64,000 nucleotides of DNA from Basidiobolus meristosporus CBS 931.73. Lineage: Eukaryota; Fungi; Basidiobolomycota. Location of the stretch: assembly GCA_002104905.1 (NCBI GenBank), contig MCFE01000040.1, forward strand, positions 139,614 through 203,613, read 5' to 3'. This document shows positions 43,801 to 56,858 of this stretch, piece after piece. Within the stretch, counting starts at the first letter, position 1, and every line of letters begins with the position of its first letter. The position numbers were made by a program, and so were the translations under genes. Under the pieces are notes generated by a model that was given only the letters and a program-made list of their open reading frames with translations, was not told the DNA's origin and did not search any database.

Positions 43801-46006
43801 TCCTATGTCCGAGTAAAAGGGGCTTTTCATATGGATTTTATGCAAGTAATTACCGGTAAGTATGGTTGGTGGAGGATTGTAAAGGCGGACAAACCATGAT
43901 GCTCGGTTAAATTGGCTGATGCTGATTTTCTCACTTTATATGGTAGTTGATGCTTCAATATATCTGGAAAACTAGTGGACTGCTTGATTCTTGATTGTTA
44001 GGCAATGGTGAGAAAGCTTCACTTATTCTTAGGATGTATAAAAGGGCGGAGTAGTTCCGTAGTTGTTGTTCCCTATTCCTTCTCACTAGACTATATTTTG
44101 ATAGAACTCTTGTTCGGTTCACCTCAAGAAGAATAGTCTTTTACTTGCTCCCAATAATGAATGATGAAAGCCTTGCCAAAACGGTGAAATTCTCTCGATT
44201 CGTGAAAGTATGTGAAACGCATGGTAGAGAAGCCTATGACCGGACACCTATCTTGCCGATGAGACGAGCGTGCCATATGATCGAAAAGTATCATTACCCG
44301 ACGTCCCCTAGTCAGATTATAGAATCCAAACGCGTGGGCCAAAGCCAATGGCTAATGTAGCCATTCCTTACGGGCATCAGGAAGAAAGGCCAGCTTTCAC
44401 AAAATGTTACTGTCCCACACGCATTATTATATATTCGTTGTAAATAGTTGCTCGTGGAGACACGACCACATTACATACAAATCCATCCTGTTACATATGG
44501 CCGAATTTTGAGAGTTATTTTTGTAAAACCATTTCGTGTAAAATAACCAAGACATAAACTCTAAAGCATTAAGATTTTGGATTCGAATATACATACATAT
44601 ATGTACCACAGACCCAGAGACGCTTGAGCTACTCAACCCTACCGCAGTATTGGTGCAGTTGCAAGGTTGTTAAATATCGGTTCCCAATCGTTACTTGACC
44701 GTGCCAGGTTTCTTATCAATACAGATTAACTTTTGTAAGAAGCTTGCTTTACAGGCGACCTTAAGGGAAACTCGAGTATGCTTATTGAAACAGGCGCTAG
44801 CAGTACCATTCCAACCTCGGATCAGGTGGTCAAGGGTAGCGAGCGTCTCCTCCGCCATGCTAAGCTTACATTGATGGAGTCCATCAGTGGTTGCAAGTAG
44901 TCCTAAAGTTATTGCGTCATGGATTTGCTGGTTTATTTTGCTCAATGTCGCCTATAACCTGATGGGCTAATTTCGATAAAAGGTGGTGTTTTAATATGCA
45001 CCACACCAAGTATGCAATTTGCTGATTTATTGTAATTGGTACTTGCGTGAAATAGAGTTGATATGACTATTGTGAGTGCTTGATGTTACTTGTGTATCAC
45101 AATATTGTACAAATCAGGCGCACAGAATAATAGTTGGTCCTACCTCACATGGTGCATGAGGAGGTTGAGGGCTTTGCAATCAATAACTTACTCAAGCGGA
45201 CTAATCATTCAGCTAAAACGGTTTTATTGCCGCAATACAAACTTCGGAAGATTCACGAACCTAAATTCTGCATCGTATGGTCTGTCACAAAGCCCAATAG
45301 CTCAGCTTGAGGAGCACCCAAGCTTTATCAGAATACAGTTTATCATTCAAAGCCGTGATAGGCACGAATCAATCGGGAGTCAGGCCTCTGGTCGAGCTCT
45401 GGGAGCACCTTTCTATGTTATTTTTGCCATTTTCTTCATAACGTACCTGACAAGTGAGCGCAGCTGGCCAAGAATGTGATTTACATCAACAAGATACTCC
45501 AGAGTATAATCAATGCACTCTTCAAATATCCATCTCCGACTATGCCTCGAAGGTAAGCGCTTTCATTGGGGGTTATGTGGGGTGTATTGATGTTATTGTC
45601 ACGAGCATGGCATACATTATCCGTATTTTCTGTCGAGTTGCAATACCTTTATCGAGTTGGAGTCGAGTAAATGGGAGCTCTCATAACAATCCAATGCTTA
45701 AGGAAAATGCTATAATGTGTTTAGGGTATCAAATCAAATATATTATCCTACTCCTTGTTTTCAATCTATTCCATAATCAACAAATATCGCGGGTTTCTAT
45801 ACCACTTATTGTTTCGGAAATCATGCGAAACAAAGTAAACCCAACTGATTGTAAAACCTTAAGCATACTTATGCAAGTAAAGTAATTAGCTTCGAGTGGG
45901 AAGCCTTGCTTGGCACTTACAAGTATATAAATCGATTGCCTCTGACCTGATCATATTAAATCCCTACACTACTTGGCGTGTGCGATACTGGATCTCGGTT
46001 AACGAC

Positions 46007-46414
46007 ATGACAACCATGCCTCAAGAGAAGACTTTCTTTGAAGAAGAGGATGCCTCTATAATAGAGGATTTCGATTCAGGAATCGAGTCACTCACCGAAG
46101 TCGAATCCATCACAACCAGTATGAAGTTGGAGTATGAGGAGGGTTTCTGTGACAAAAATTCGTTGTTATATTGGGATATCGATGTTACTTATCCGTCAGA
46201 TTTTTACGAAGATGAGAAACGGCTGAGCGATGCATTGAGCTATTTGACTGATGATGATAATCAGTCCTACACCTCAAGCTCGGTAGACCTGGAATCCTGT
46301 TCGGGCGGGGTAGTATTCGAGAAGAAGCCGACAAAGCTCGGGGGATTAAGGGACAAACTAAAGGGCTCAATTAAAGTATGTAGACGGAAGTTCAAGGAAA
46401 CCCATTCGTTTTGA
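46007..46414 (+). CDS. Hypothetical acidic 135-aa protein
   Basis: ATG at 46007 within the 172-aa ORF; Asp/Glu-rich body with a basic C-terminus. Confidence 0.5.
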   Translation: MTTMPQEKTFFEEEDASIIEDFDSGIESLTEVESITTSMKLEYEEGFCDKNSLLYWDIDVTYPSDFYEDEKRLSDALSYLTDDDNQSYTSSSVDLESCSGGVVFEKKPTKLGGLRDKLKGSIKVCRRKFKETHSF

Positions 46415-47498
46415 TTAATCACATTATTATTCTCATCATTATAGCATAGTCTAGGCTTTATACTACATAATGAAAAATGGCTCCTCGATGGACAGTACCT
46501 TATCGCTCTGGGACATCATAAGATCAAAGCCGCCAAATCGAAAGTCCACCAGCTTAAGAGATATTAAGCTTTCTAAGAGGAGCCCCCATTTTTGACCACT
46601 AACTCATTTCTTAATTTTCCAACCTGTTTTCCTACCAATGGGTTCATGATGTTTTCATTAGACAAGTGGATTTTAAGGGACTTCTTTGACTCTGCACCAG
46701 ATGGCCAGGATCATCTAAAACGCCGTAAATGTTTAGCAGCGTTACTCATACAGTAAGGGTTTTGTGGTGCTCATATCTGTCACCGATCACCTCACAAAGT
46801 GACAAATATGCCTGATTTTGAATCCTCGGTCTTCCTTACGTTTGTACGAGTAGCCGCATAGATATGTATAGACTCGATAGAATAATAGACCTTATATTGA
46901 ACCGTACAATACCTAGCAAGAAATTCCTATAACCTCAAGCGATGATTCCAAATATACAGTCCATCATCTCATACAAGTCGAATCGATCTCAAGGAAATAA
47001 AATGCCTGTTCAGCCTGATCACACAGAAGCCGGAGAGCATTATCAGGTGCCTATATAATGATATCGTTATTGCCAATAATCTTGGCGCTTCCCCAGACGC
47101 TCCATTCCCCTCACCCCAGTCAAGAACGACCAGAGATTAAGTACCGGAGTTCATGTGTGAAGATCACCATTATAATAAAAGCCATCTCAATATAAGCAAA
47201 TTACAAGGAATAACCGGCGCTTCTTATCTAACAGGTGGACCAATGTATCAAAGCCACACCAACAAAAATCAACACCGCAGAGCAGTCGAACGCATCCTGG
47301 TGCTTGTATGTTGCCATAATAGGTCCTTGAGGGTTTACTCGATGTGCATTTAGGACGGATTAATGGTCAAGTATTGAAGATGACATGCGATATTACCATA
47401 CAGAGCTTATATACTAGAGGTGTAGCAGTTGGAGGTTTCACGCAGAATTCATTGATATCTGCATGTATAAGGTAGTTGATTTAGGTGCCAAGGTGCGA

Positions 47499-48039
47499 CT
47501 AGATATTATTCCGATGCGAATCGTAATATAACAATATTATAGTGACGAAAACTGTCGAGCTTGTTATCGAAATAAAGAGAATTCGCATCGATCTACTCGG
47601 CTGAATTGGTGCTCTTGAAGCTCCATGAATATACTGCATTCGAAGATAACTAACCAGCGCCATTGTGATGGCTATTATACCAATGAGTAGATAGAATATC
47701 GCTATCACATGGGCTGCCTCAATATTTGGTAGGATAAAGAAGGGAGGTATACGGCGGTCTGTATGGTGTATGAAAGAGGCCCCAAAGGACACTAGTGCGA
47801 TGGAAAAGCGAACCCATGCAAGGAGAGTTCGTTCGTAACCTAACAAAGCCAAGCTCGTCAAATTGATGTAGGAGGGGAATGGCAAGGATGTGGAGTGCAC
47901 CTAATTGATCCCTAGCAGTACTTCCAAGGTTGTTTAGAATGAGGCTTTCTTGATTGAGTGGTTGGCACAACCAACCTGTGGTTCTGGTAGCTGGGAATAG
48001 TAGAGGGTCAGTCTCATGGGCTAGATAGGCGGTCGGCAT
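47499..48039 (-). CDS. DUF202 (YidH-like) small membrane protein, one intron
   Basis: LGSTARDQL|GYERTLLAWVRFSIALVSFG followed by three hydrophobic segments. Confidence 0.8.
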
Positions 48040-49089
48040 GAAGAGACGCCAATGTTGCAGCAAATATTCAAGGTCAAGAGGCTGAGGGCCTAAACATTGA
48101 TCGCCATCCCCAATAAACAAAAGCTCGACCCAACCTTATATGAGTATGGCTACCGGCGAAGCCACTTCTAGACGAACCAACTACCGTTCTTAACCAGCCT
48201 AGATTTAACATCAAGGTACGGTCTAAAATAGCCAAATTTAGACATCAGGTGAAGCACAAATGACCAGATCAGCATTTACAGGCCATGTGTGCCCTGGATT
48301 TGAACAATTAACCTAATCATTTTCATGGTTTTGGGTTTTGGTGGAGATCAATCAGCAATATTGACCAAAAAAAACATCATCGCCAGACTAGCAAGATGAT
48401 ATTGATCACTATTCTTTATCTTTGAAACAACATAATACAAAGGTACATGGTGCAATTATCGAGAATGTGATGCAACCCGTGTAAACACTCATTTGAGCCC
48501 TCGGATCGGATAATTGATGTGGTCTGAAGCAGACTAAAATGGTACCATCCAGTCCAATACGTGTATCCGGATTTTGGGGAATCACGCCATTCCCGGAAAT
48601 CTTCGGTTAGCTGATCATTGGTGTAGGTTAAATGACCATTGCAGCATTTATCAAGATAGGAGATTAATCTGCTTTCCCTATGAAAAATCTTGCTTTTAGT
48701 TTAGTTATAAATATATGTGGAATTAGTGAGTAGCTTATTACCAAGCTTGGTATGAATGTTGCTTAGCCTAGCCTAGAAAATATGTCTTCTTGCCTGCCAA
48801 ATAGCTAACACCTAAAATATTGATAGTTGAAAGTTTAGTGACACTCTAGAAATTCGCTTTAAATGGTATTTAGGAAATACTTGCAAAATACAAAAACTTA
48901 CCTAAAAGTGATCCCAAAGCCCCATTCAATATTCAATTTGGCAAAATAGCATATCACGTAAGCAACTATTTAGCAGACTAGAAAGTGGAAATCCCACTCA
49001 TCTCCATTGACTGACTTCCCAGTCCCTGTACAACTGGTAAATTATAAGGTAGGAACTCAGTAATATCCAAGTTAACATCCCATCACTTG

Positions 49090-49995
49090 GTCATTATTGT
49101 TGTAATTATTAAGTTGTCACCAAAATATTCATGCTAAATTAGTCACTTAGATCTTATTCTTTGATTAGCATTTTGTCCTGACCAAATTTCTTGTTGGGAT
49201 TTACTTAGAATATTTTCACCAAATTATCAGGTACCCAGAACATGAAAATTCTCAAAGTTGTCCAAACAGCCCCAAACTTTGCACACATGTTCTTGGCACC
49301 TTCCTTAACCTATTCTTTGTGTTTGTAATGCCAAGACCAGGTAAAAGTATAAATACTACTTTTACATTCAATGAATCATTAAGTGAAAACCACATAATCT
49401 ACTTGTTCTCCCAATCACTTCCAATATCTCCAAGACTCTTACAACAAATAAATCATTAAGTGAAAGCCATATTAGCAACTTTTCTCCAAATCACCTCCAA
49501 TATCTCCAAGTCTCTTACAGCAATAGGAAGGTTCCAAAAGTATGTGTGAGAAGTTTGGGGGCTTTTGGACACCCTTAGGAATTCTCATCTTCTGGTTACT
49601 TGCTATTTTGATGAAGATAATGTAGGCAAGTTCCAACAAGGAATTATGCAAGAAATAATAAGGCTCATTGTTGTAAGAGTTTTGGAGATACTGGAAGTGA
49701 TTGGGAAAACAAGTAGATTATTGAACAAGTAGTATTTACACTTTTACATGGTCTTGGCAAAACAAGCACTTAGCATATGCTTAGGAAGGTACCAAGAACA
49801 TATGCATAAAGTTTGTGGCTGTTTGGACAACTTATTGAATTTTTATGTTCTGTGTACCTGGTATTTTGGTGAAAATATTCAAAGTAAATCCCAACAAGGA
49901 ATTTGGTCAGAATTCTCTACAATTTGTAGGTTACGATCTAAGTGATCAAGTTAAGTGAATATTTAGGTGCAATTATGAATTCTTACAACACTCAA
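49090..49995. mobile_element. AT-rich foldback/MITE-like element with long imperfect inverted arms
   Basis: About 49105-49450 is the imperfect reverse complement of about 49670-49975 (ctgaccaaatttcttgttgggatttac versus gtaaatcccaacaaggaatttggtcag). Internal ~75-bp direct duplication at 49375-49525. CpG-poor. Confidence 0.7.
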
Positions 49996-50710
49996 AATTT
50001 ATGATGCTTGTGAGGGTTAGTTGGCCAATTCTCTTAATCAGTAGAGTCTAAGAAGTTTGCAGAATAGGGTCTAAGTGAACAATTTAATATAAGTATTTAG
50101 ATGTATACAAAAAATTTACATGAAGAAAAAGCCCACATTGCTATGAAAGTATTTCATATAGCTAGTTAGCGCAGAATAGCAGTTCCGGTGCTTCGTTGCT
50201 AAGCATGCCACATCACCCAGTGTGGGTGAAGGACATGTATCCTAAAGGTCAAAGTTAGGTGTATAAATTAGATGATTAAATCTGATAGTAGTTATATCAG
50301 TATATTAGGGTATAACTGATGACATCTATTTGATGTTTTGTCTGCACATCTGCAATCCACTGTGCAAATATGTGTTGCACGTATTTGGGGTGATGGCTTT
50401 CGTGTCCCATGTTGCTCTTACTACAGTGCATTACTTGCTCGGTGATTACCAATGCTAACCCGTCTATGTCTAACATGGTATCCTCTATTACAATTAGTCA
50501 GAGATTCAAATTCAATGCGGGAGTTTTAATATACTTGGAATGACTAATTCGGGGGTGACAGTGTTTATGGTGACTAAGCCATTCAATTCTACATCATCAT
50601 CGTGGGGTGCACGATCCTAGGCTATATATAAGTTTATTTGTCTTTACTCCTTATTTGGCAAACATGTCGACCGATTCAGAGCATTGGACTCTAGTGGGTG
50701 ATGAACGTCC

Positions 50711-53700
50711 TCAAACCATTTGTGTCCAATCTCTAGGCATGTCAATACCAACCAATTCTTGCACAATTTCGACCAACTTCTGCAGTTCCATAATAAACGC
50801 TGTATTGTAGAGGAAAAATGACGCGAAAACACTAAATTAAAGCTTAATATCACTGGAATCCATCACTTATCAAAGATACACCTACATAAAATCAGGATCC
50901 TTGAGACGTGTATGCTGGAAGCTGGGTAATGTAGACTGTGCCAGAGCATCTTTAGGATAGCACAGGTATGGCGGAAATGAGATTTTAGCCGCCAGCCCAG
51001 CAGAGGCATACTTAAACCCGGCCAGTACCGTAGCAACCTAAAATGAATGCATACATGCCTAGGTTAGATATCACATGGTATGTTTGGACGATAAGCTCTA
51101 TTTACGTAGTTGTTGCGGGCTTCTTTTGTCTTCATGGAAAGTTCAGCATGCCAACTTGGTGATAGTCTTTCCAATGATAGTTCCTGGAATAGCCTTGCTA
51201 AGCAGATAACAAACACAGAAGAGATAACGGCCTTACTTACCACAGCATATAGCACATGTATCATATTTTCCACATATTCTAGTATTTTTGCGTACTTGTC
51301 TTTGGGATATTTACCGCGAAGAGGTGGTTCGTACTTGGTATGTTCGAGAAGAATTTTTTCTGAAGCAATTTGTTGCTGTATATTCAACGCCAGTTTCTGA
51401 AAATTCTTTCTGTGCTTCTTGGTGAAATGGCCTTCCGGAGACCAATTTTCTACCACATACACCAGGGATGCATACAGTGTGCTGATATCTCGAACGGTAT
51501 GGGAGAGTCTACGTCTCAATGCAACGCGCCCTGAAACGGGCAGTGGTATGCAATACATTATAGAAGCAGCTACCACACCAATTGTAACCATGAGGCACCG
51601 CTGTAGCAGAAGGGCATAAGAAAGGTGCCAAGAATTATATTTCTGAGCATAGTCTACTTACCATTCCTGCCACCACCCATACTGGGTCTGAATTATTATC
51701 TAGAACGTAATGGTATCGATATACAACAACCTGAAACTTCCGGGTTAATGGATCATTCAGATATCCGGTAGGCATAGGAAGTACATCACTTACTAAACAC
51801 ATTGTAATCTGCGTCATGAGGATTGCTACTCGCCAAAACGGCCTGAAGAAGTAAACGTGATATAGTGCGTAATTAACGATGAACATGACCACGCAGAGAG
51901 CGTACGATACTCCCTGACAAATCTCCCAAACGACTATACCGCTGACTGCTCCGGCCACCGTACCAGCCAGACGAAGGAAAAATCTACGTAACAGTTCTAA
52001 TTAACGACTGCAATCAATGATGATGTAAGGCAAAACAAATGTTACCCTAGGATCTGCAACCCTGAGCTTGAAAACATCCAAAACACAAGGGTAATGACTA
52101 CCCATTGACCAATCCATTTGTGATACCATCCAGCAGAGTTTGGAAAGTATGCTGGGAGCGACAGAAGAACACATCCAACGGACGTTTTTAGGACGGTAAG
52201 TATTTCTGGATGGAATAGCCAGAGATTGAACTGATAAAGCTTGTAAAAAAATACTTCACAGCGTGACGACGGTGCAAGAACATCTGGATCCCGCCAGCGC
52301 ACGTGACCGGCATAGTCGCGCTCTAAGGAAGATGGTCCCAGAGAGGCATCGAGAGAACTCGGTGATTTATCCACATCAGTGATGAATTGGTCTGCATCGG
52401 CTCTTTGACCTAACTGACAGTCTTTGGCGGTGACATCCTCAGTAGTAGTGTCCCCCATGAGCCACTTTTGAAATGCCATATTTGGCCACGAGAACCGCTT
52501 TTTGATTCTCATTTCCTCTAAGGATGCTATATAGTCTGCTGCTTTCAACACTCTTTCGGTGTACTCATAAAGGTTATATTGGAATAATAACGGCAATAAC
52601 ATTGCGTTGTGTTGGCGCGTCTGTGGATCTGGGAATAAAGCTGCCATGTCCCGGGCCCTGTGTTCCTCAAAAGTTTGGATCGCCTCCCTCAGCTTTTGAC
52701 CTAATCGAGGTTTGTGAGCTTCGTCATCAGCCTCGATAGCATTTGCAGGAGGTTGTCCGTCTGTTGAATGATTACGTTTCTTTTTAGTCTCTCCGTTGTT
52801 CATACGGCTCAGGCATTCGACGCATTCCGATAGTGTGGATGTGCACGCTAACACTAACGCGTTACATATCGGCCGGAGTGTGCGCAATATACTCCTGTAT
52901 CTCTCGAGGAGCTCGCGCTCAATGCTTGGATCCGCCTTCTCCACGGTGCTAGCTAGCCACTGGTAATAGTTTGCTTGCGTTCGGACACTATACATGTCCT
53001 GCTCCATTACCCGACTCAGACTAATACCATGCAACGGAACCGTCATTGACTTGATGATATTGGTTATATGACTGAAGTCCTGTGCTTGCAGCCTAGAGTA
53101 AAGGATTTCACGGTGGACGGCATGTTTCATCTCAATCAGAGTCAAAACTTCTCCTTGAAGCTGCTGGCCAATAATGGACAGGGGTATTGCAGCCTCGTCT
53201 AGTGCAGCCTCTGAATCCCGCAAAAATACCTCCGATTGCAGAGTAAGCAACTTATTGAATGAGTAGAGAGTCTTTGCAAGCGTATCCAGATAGTTGTTGA
53301 TGGTGTATTCTGGCCACAGTATAACGTCAACAGCGAGAGACACACCAATGCCGACCATGACTGGTATAACCATGGACCACTTGAGCAAAAGAATGAGTAA
53401 GTATACCAATAGTAAGACTAATCTTTCAGTAACTTAACGCACAACAATCATAGGTACAAACCCTGGAACAGCTGCCGCAGATGTCATTACGAATATAAGG
53501 ATTATACAACCCAAAATACCGCCGTAGTTCACTTCATATCACGAATTTAGAGTTGTAGTATATGAATGCGCGAAGCGTTGGTGAAAAGCACTAACTCTTT
53601 GGATAAACCGTTCTAAGCCAACTGAAAAAAAAGGCTCCCACAAATAGAAATACCACCAGGATGACCCCATTGCTGACTTGGTAGGGACTTGGGTTGGTGG

Positions 53701-54172
53701 GATCCCGAGAAAGATTTGCGAGATACATGCCTAACGTAATGGTAGGTCAGCACTGCATCATGCATAGAAGCAAGACATATCCAGTAAGATGTACCAAGAA
53801 AACTCCAAGCAGCACCGATCATGACACCTAGTCCACTAAAGATTGTTGCCTTGTTACACACCCCAGGTTTTTCCATGTTAGAGCTTGACGGCGGCATCAG
53901 TGTGGTGGTTGCTTACTCACCTCTAGCTGTAGTCCGACTGGTTTGACTGGGCACATGAATATCGTTGCTACGCAGACCAAGAGATTCCCTTGGCCAATAC
54001 CTTTGCTGGTGACCAGATCAAATATCAACACTAAGGAAACAGTTAATGCAATATCTGCTTTGAGCACTTTCTTAAATTGAACATAGTTAGGGCAGTTCGC
54101 TCGTAGCTTTGCAAGGAGACCACGCTTCGGGGGCGAAGAGTTCGGTATTTCTTTACCAGTTTGAGGATTCAT
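50711..54172 (-). CDS. ArAE/FUSC-like (Bre4-like) multi-pass membrane protein, multi-exon
   Basis: FKKVLKADIALTVSLVL...FMCPVKPVGLQLE; KTSVGCVLLSLPAYF...GQWVVITLVFWM; TKYEPPLRGKYPKDKY; C-terminal ELQKLVEIVQELVG. Confidence 0.8.
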
Positions 54173-54899
54173 TCTAACACAATGGGAGGGAGTTAGTTGA
54201 GTCTTAATCCCTGATGTATTTTCGAAGAACAAGGCCTGGGATATTAAGATTCGCGACTGCGTTCAAGGCAGAAGATTTATATAAGGATATGTTCTGAATC
54301 AAATGGATGATCCAAGTCCGAATTAAGCGTGCGCCAATCAAGCTCTATTCCGATACGATGAAGTCAGGAATGAACGCATTGGACATATCGTGATTTTCTA
54401 CCTCTTGTACCTTTTTGGAATGATGAATCACTGTAGTGAGAGTTCGCGAACCAGAAATGTTGTGCTGGGTGATTTGTTTAGTGTGGTTTCACCTTATATA
54501 AGGTAAACTACAATGTAAGTGTGATTGGAAATGCGGTGGCTAAATCGTATAATTGAAAACAAGTATTTCGGATATTCTCCTGTTTGAAATCCCAAATACA
54601 TACCACATTGCTGGTATGCATATGGAATTATGGCCTTGATTAAATTCCTGTCTGATTCAGATACAGATGCCGGTATTGTTGAGTTTCCACTGTGATCTGC
54701 ATGTTAAACAACAATCTCACATGCTTGGGGGGTTCCTTTTTTTCTGCAATTCCTACCATTTACTGGTAAACCTTTTGGAGGCTAACAGGGAGCTTGACTG
54801 TAAACACAGTGATCAGAAGCAGGCAAAGTTTTTGATCAAAAGTTTATTGTATAAAAAAGGTATTAACAGTTTTGTAGATATGCTTAAGCATATACATAC

Positions 54900-55002
54900 A
54901 AAGGTTGTAAGAGTTTTGGAGATACTGAAAGTGATTGAGAGAACAAGTAGATTGCATGGTTTTGACTTGATGATAAATTGCATGTGAAAGTAATATTTAC
55001 AT
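54900..55002. repeat. Truncated copy of the foldback arm ending at a TTAGGG junction
   Basis: gttgtaagagttttggagatactgaaagtgattgagagaacaagtagatt matches the arms near 49.4 and 49.67 kb and stops at TTAGGG (55003). Confidence 0.7.
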
Positions 55003-55583
55003 TTAGGGGGGGGGGAGACAGTCACAAATAGGTGAAATCTTTATTTCAACTGAAACAAAGAAGCCAGCATTACTGTTATAGTTTTGATACAAGAGTGCCT
55101 AGCTGAGGGGAGTTATTATGGAAGTGAATAAGAAGAAATAATAGCTCCTTAGTACTCAAGGCACTGTAGAGTGGGAAGGAGGGTAGCAATAGGGGTAAAA
55201 GTAATATGTCTACAACATTAATAATTGAAACATGCTACAAATTAATACTCATCATAAAGGAGTGTGCTGCCTCTGATATTGCTACCACAAGCCTATCAAG
55301 TATGCCAGGTAGGTCAACTTGGGTTTTTCAGACTGCAGAATACAATTAGCAAACAACTTGACATCTGGATCTCCAAGTATGGTTCTCCAGCAGGAGCCAA
55401 GTGTAGTTTAGTAAGTGCTCTTCCAGGCCTTGATCAGTGGATTGTTGCAGTGGGGATGTCTGAGTTATAAGCATATTCCAAGGTAGAGAAGTCTGTACTT
55501 ATAGGGGATCAACCAAAAAGCTCCTAGAATAGCATGTCTCTAGGGATATTCAGGCAGATGAGGCACAAAGGGGGTAATGCACC
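55003..55583 (-). mobile_element. Decayed 3' fragment of the telomeric LINE (family A, older subfamily)
   Basis: TTAGGG+G-run+agacagtcac terminus; aligns with 59359-59938; in-frame stops. Confidence 0.85.
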
Positions 55584-55728
55584 TAGGGGGGAGTCAGTCA
55601 CTAACATGTGAAATCCTTATTTCAGTTGAAACAAAGAAGCCAGCACTACTATTGTAGCTTTGATACAAGAATATGTAGCTGAGGGGAATTTGCTGGTAAG
55701 TTAATAAGGAGAGATCATAGTCCTTGAT
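55584..55728 (-). mobile_element. Short decayed 3' fragment of family A
   Basis: taggggggagtcagtcac...aaagaagccagcactact terminus, about 145 bp of homology. Confidence 0.8.
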
Positions 55729-55729
55729 G

Positions 55730-55891
55730 TTGCAAAAGTGTTGAAGATATTGAAGTGGTTGGGAAAACAAGCAGATTTTGAGGTTATCAATAAATAATTT
55801 ATTGAATCTAGAAGTAGTATTCATACTTTACATGATCCTGGCATAGCAAGCATCTAGAATAGGCTTAGGAAGGTAGGGTCAGGGTTAGGGG
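55730..55891. repeat. Second foldback-arm fragment capped by degenerate telomeric repeats
   Basis: Matches about 49675-49790 up to ttaggaaggta, then gggtcagggttagggg. Confidence 0.65.
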
Positions 55892-56667
55892 TCAAAAATT
55901 CTTTTTATTAAATTTGATCAAGTATAGTAGCACCATTTCAACTTGATTCAAGTTGAATAATGCAAATTATACAAAGAAGTTATATCAATAGTAATGTGAA
56001 GGTAAAAATACTGCTAAAATTGAGTTGAGCTCTGAGAAGGACTTTGTCAACAAATCAGGCTAGAAGAGGTAGTAAAGCTGGGAGTTAATTAAAAGCAAAG
56101 CACCAAGGGAGGGTGTAAAGCTAAACTACCACTTCCTGAAAGGCAGTGATCTTTCAGGAAGGCAGAAGCTCTGATCTAATTGCAGATATGATAGCTGAAA
56201 GTCTATGGATGAGTTCCCTTTGTTTGTGGAATTGGAACAAAGATTGGGTATCTTTGCACCCAAAGCAGCTCTCTACATGAGAGAAGTAAAAATACCTGCT
56301 ATAGTAGGGGCATTTGGAACCCAAGCAAAGTGTGTTCATTCACCACCTTGTGACCTGAAAGGCAATTCAGGAGCTCCTGATGTAGAGGGAAATGTCTGCT
56401 CTGCTATGTGCATGTCTACTCTCATGAGAAATAAGTTCAACTCTGTCTTTTGAGCTAGAGACTCTGGAGATATTCTCCAGCTTTCTTTTATGCATTGCTA
56501 TGGAGAGAGGAATATGCTCTCTAGGTGGTGTGGCACTGTTGGAAGCCAGATAAGCTCTACAACCATCAGAAAAGTGTATCTTCTTTCTCACCAATGACCG
56601 TGGGGTGGCTTGGACTAAGTTATTAGCAATCTTATTTACCAAGATCTTCAAAGGATTATTGGATGAT
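55892..56667 (-). mobile_element. 3' fragment of a different LINE-like ORF (family B) with a Cys/His motif
   Basis: One frame across 56154-56667 with two stops, including RW*MNTLCLGSKCPYYSRYFYFSHVESCF. Not homologous to the family A C-terminus by eye. Confidence 0.45.
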
Positions 56668-56709
56668 GGGTAAGGGGGGAGACAGTCACCAACAGGTGAA
56701 GTCTTTATC
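56668..56709 (-). mobile_element. About 40-bp minimal family A terminus
   Basis: gggtaaggggggagacagtcaccaacaggtgaagtctttat, then the next terminus begins directly. Confidence 0.8.
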
Positions 56710-56858
56710 TAGGGGGAGGGAAAGTTGCCAAGTTGGTGAAACCTTTATTTGAGTCAAAAACTAATCTTAGTACAAATAAAGAAGCCAATTAAGAAGTCTA
56801 CAATCTCTCTAATAAGTAGTCTAATTCATGTTTGTTTCATCTCTGATGTTTGTTTCAA
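56710..56858 (-). mobile_element. Short family C terminus fragment
   Basis: ctagggggagggaaagttgccaagttggtgaaacctttatttg...caaataaagaagcc. Confidence 0.7.

Noticed and set aside
45290-45340. tRNA-like ATAGCTCAG motif
   Set aside because: No B-box or cloverleaf follows.
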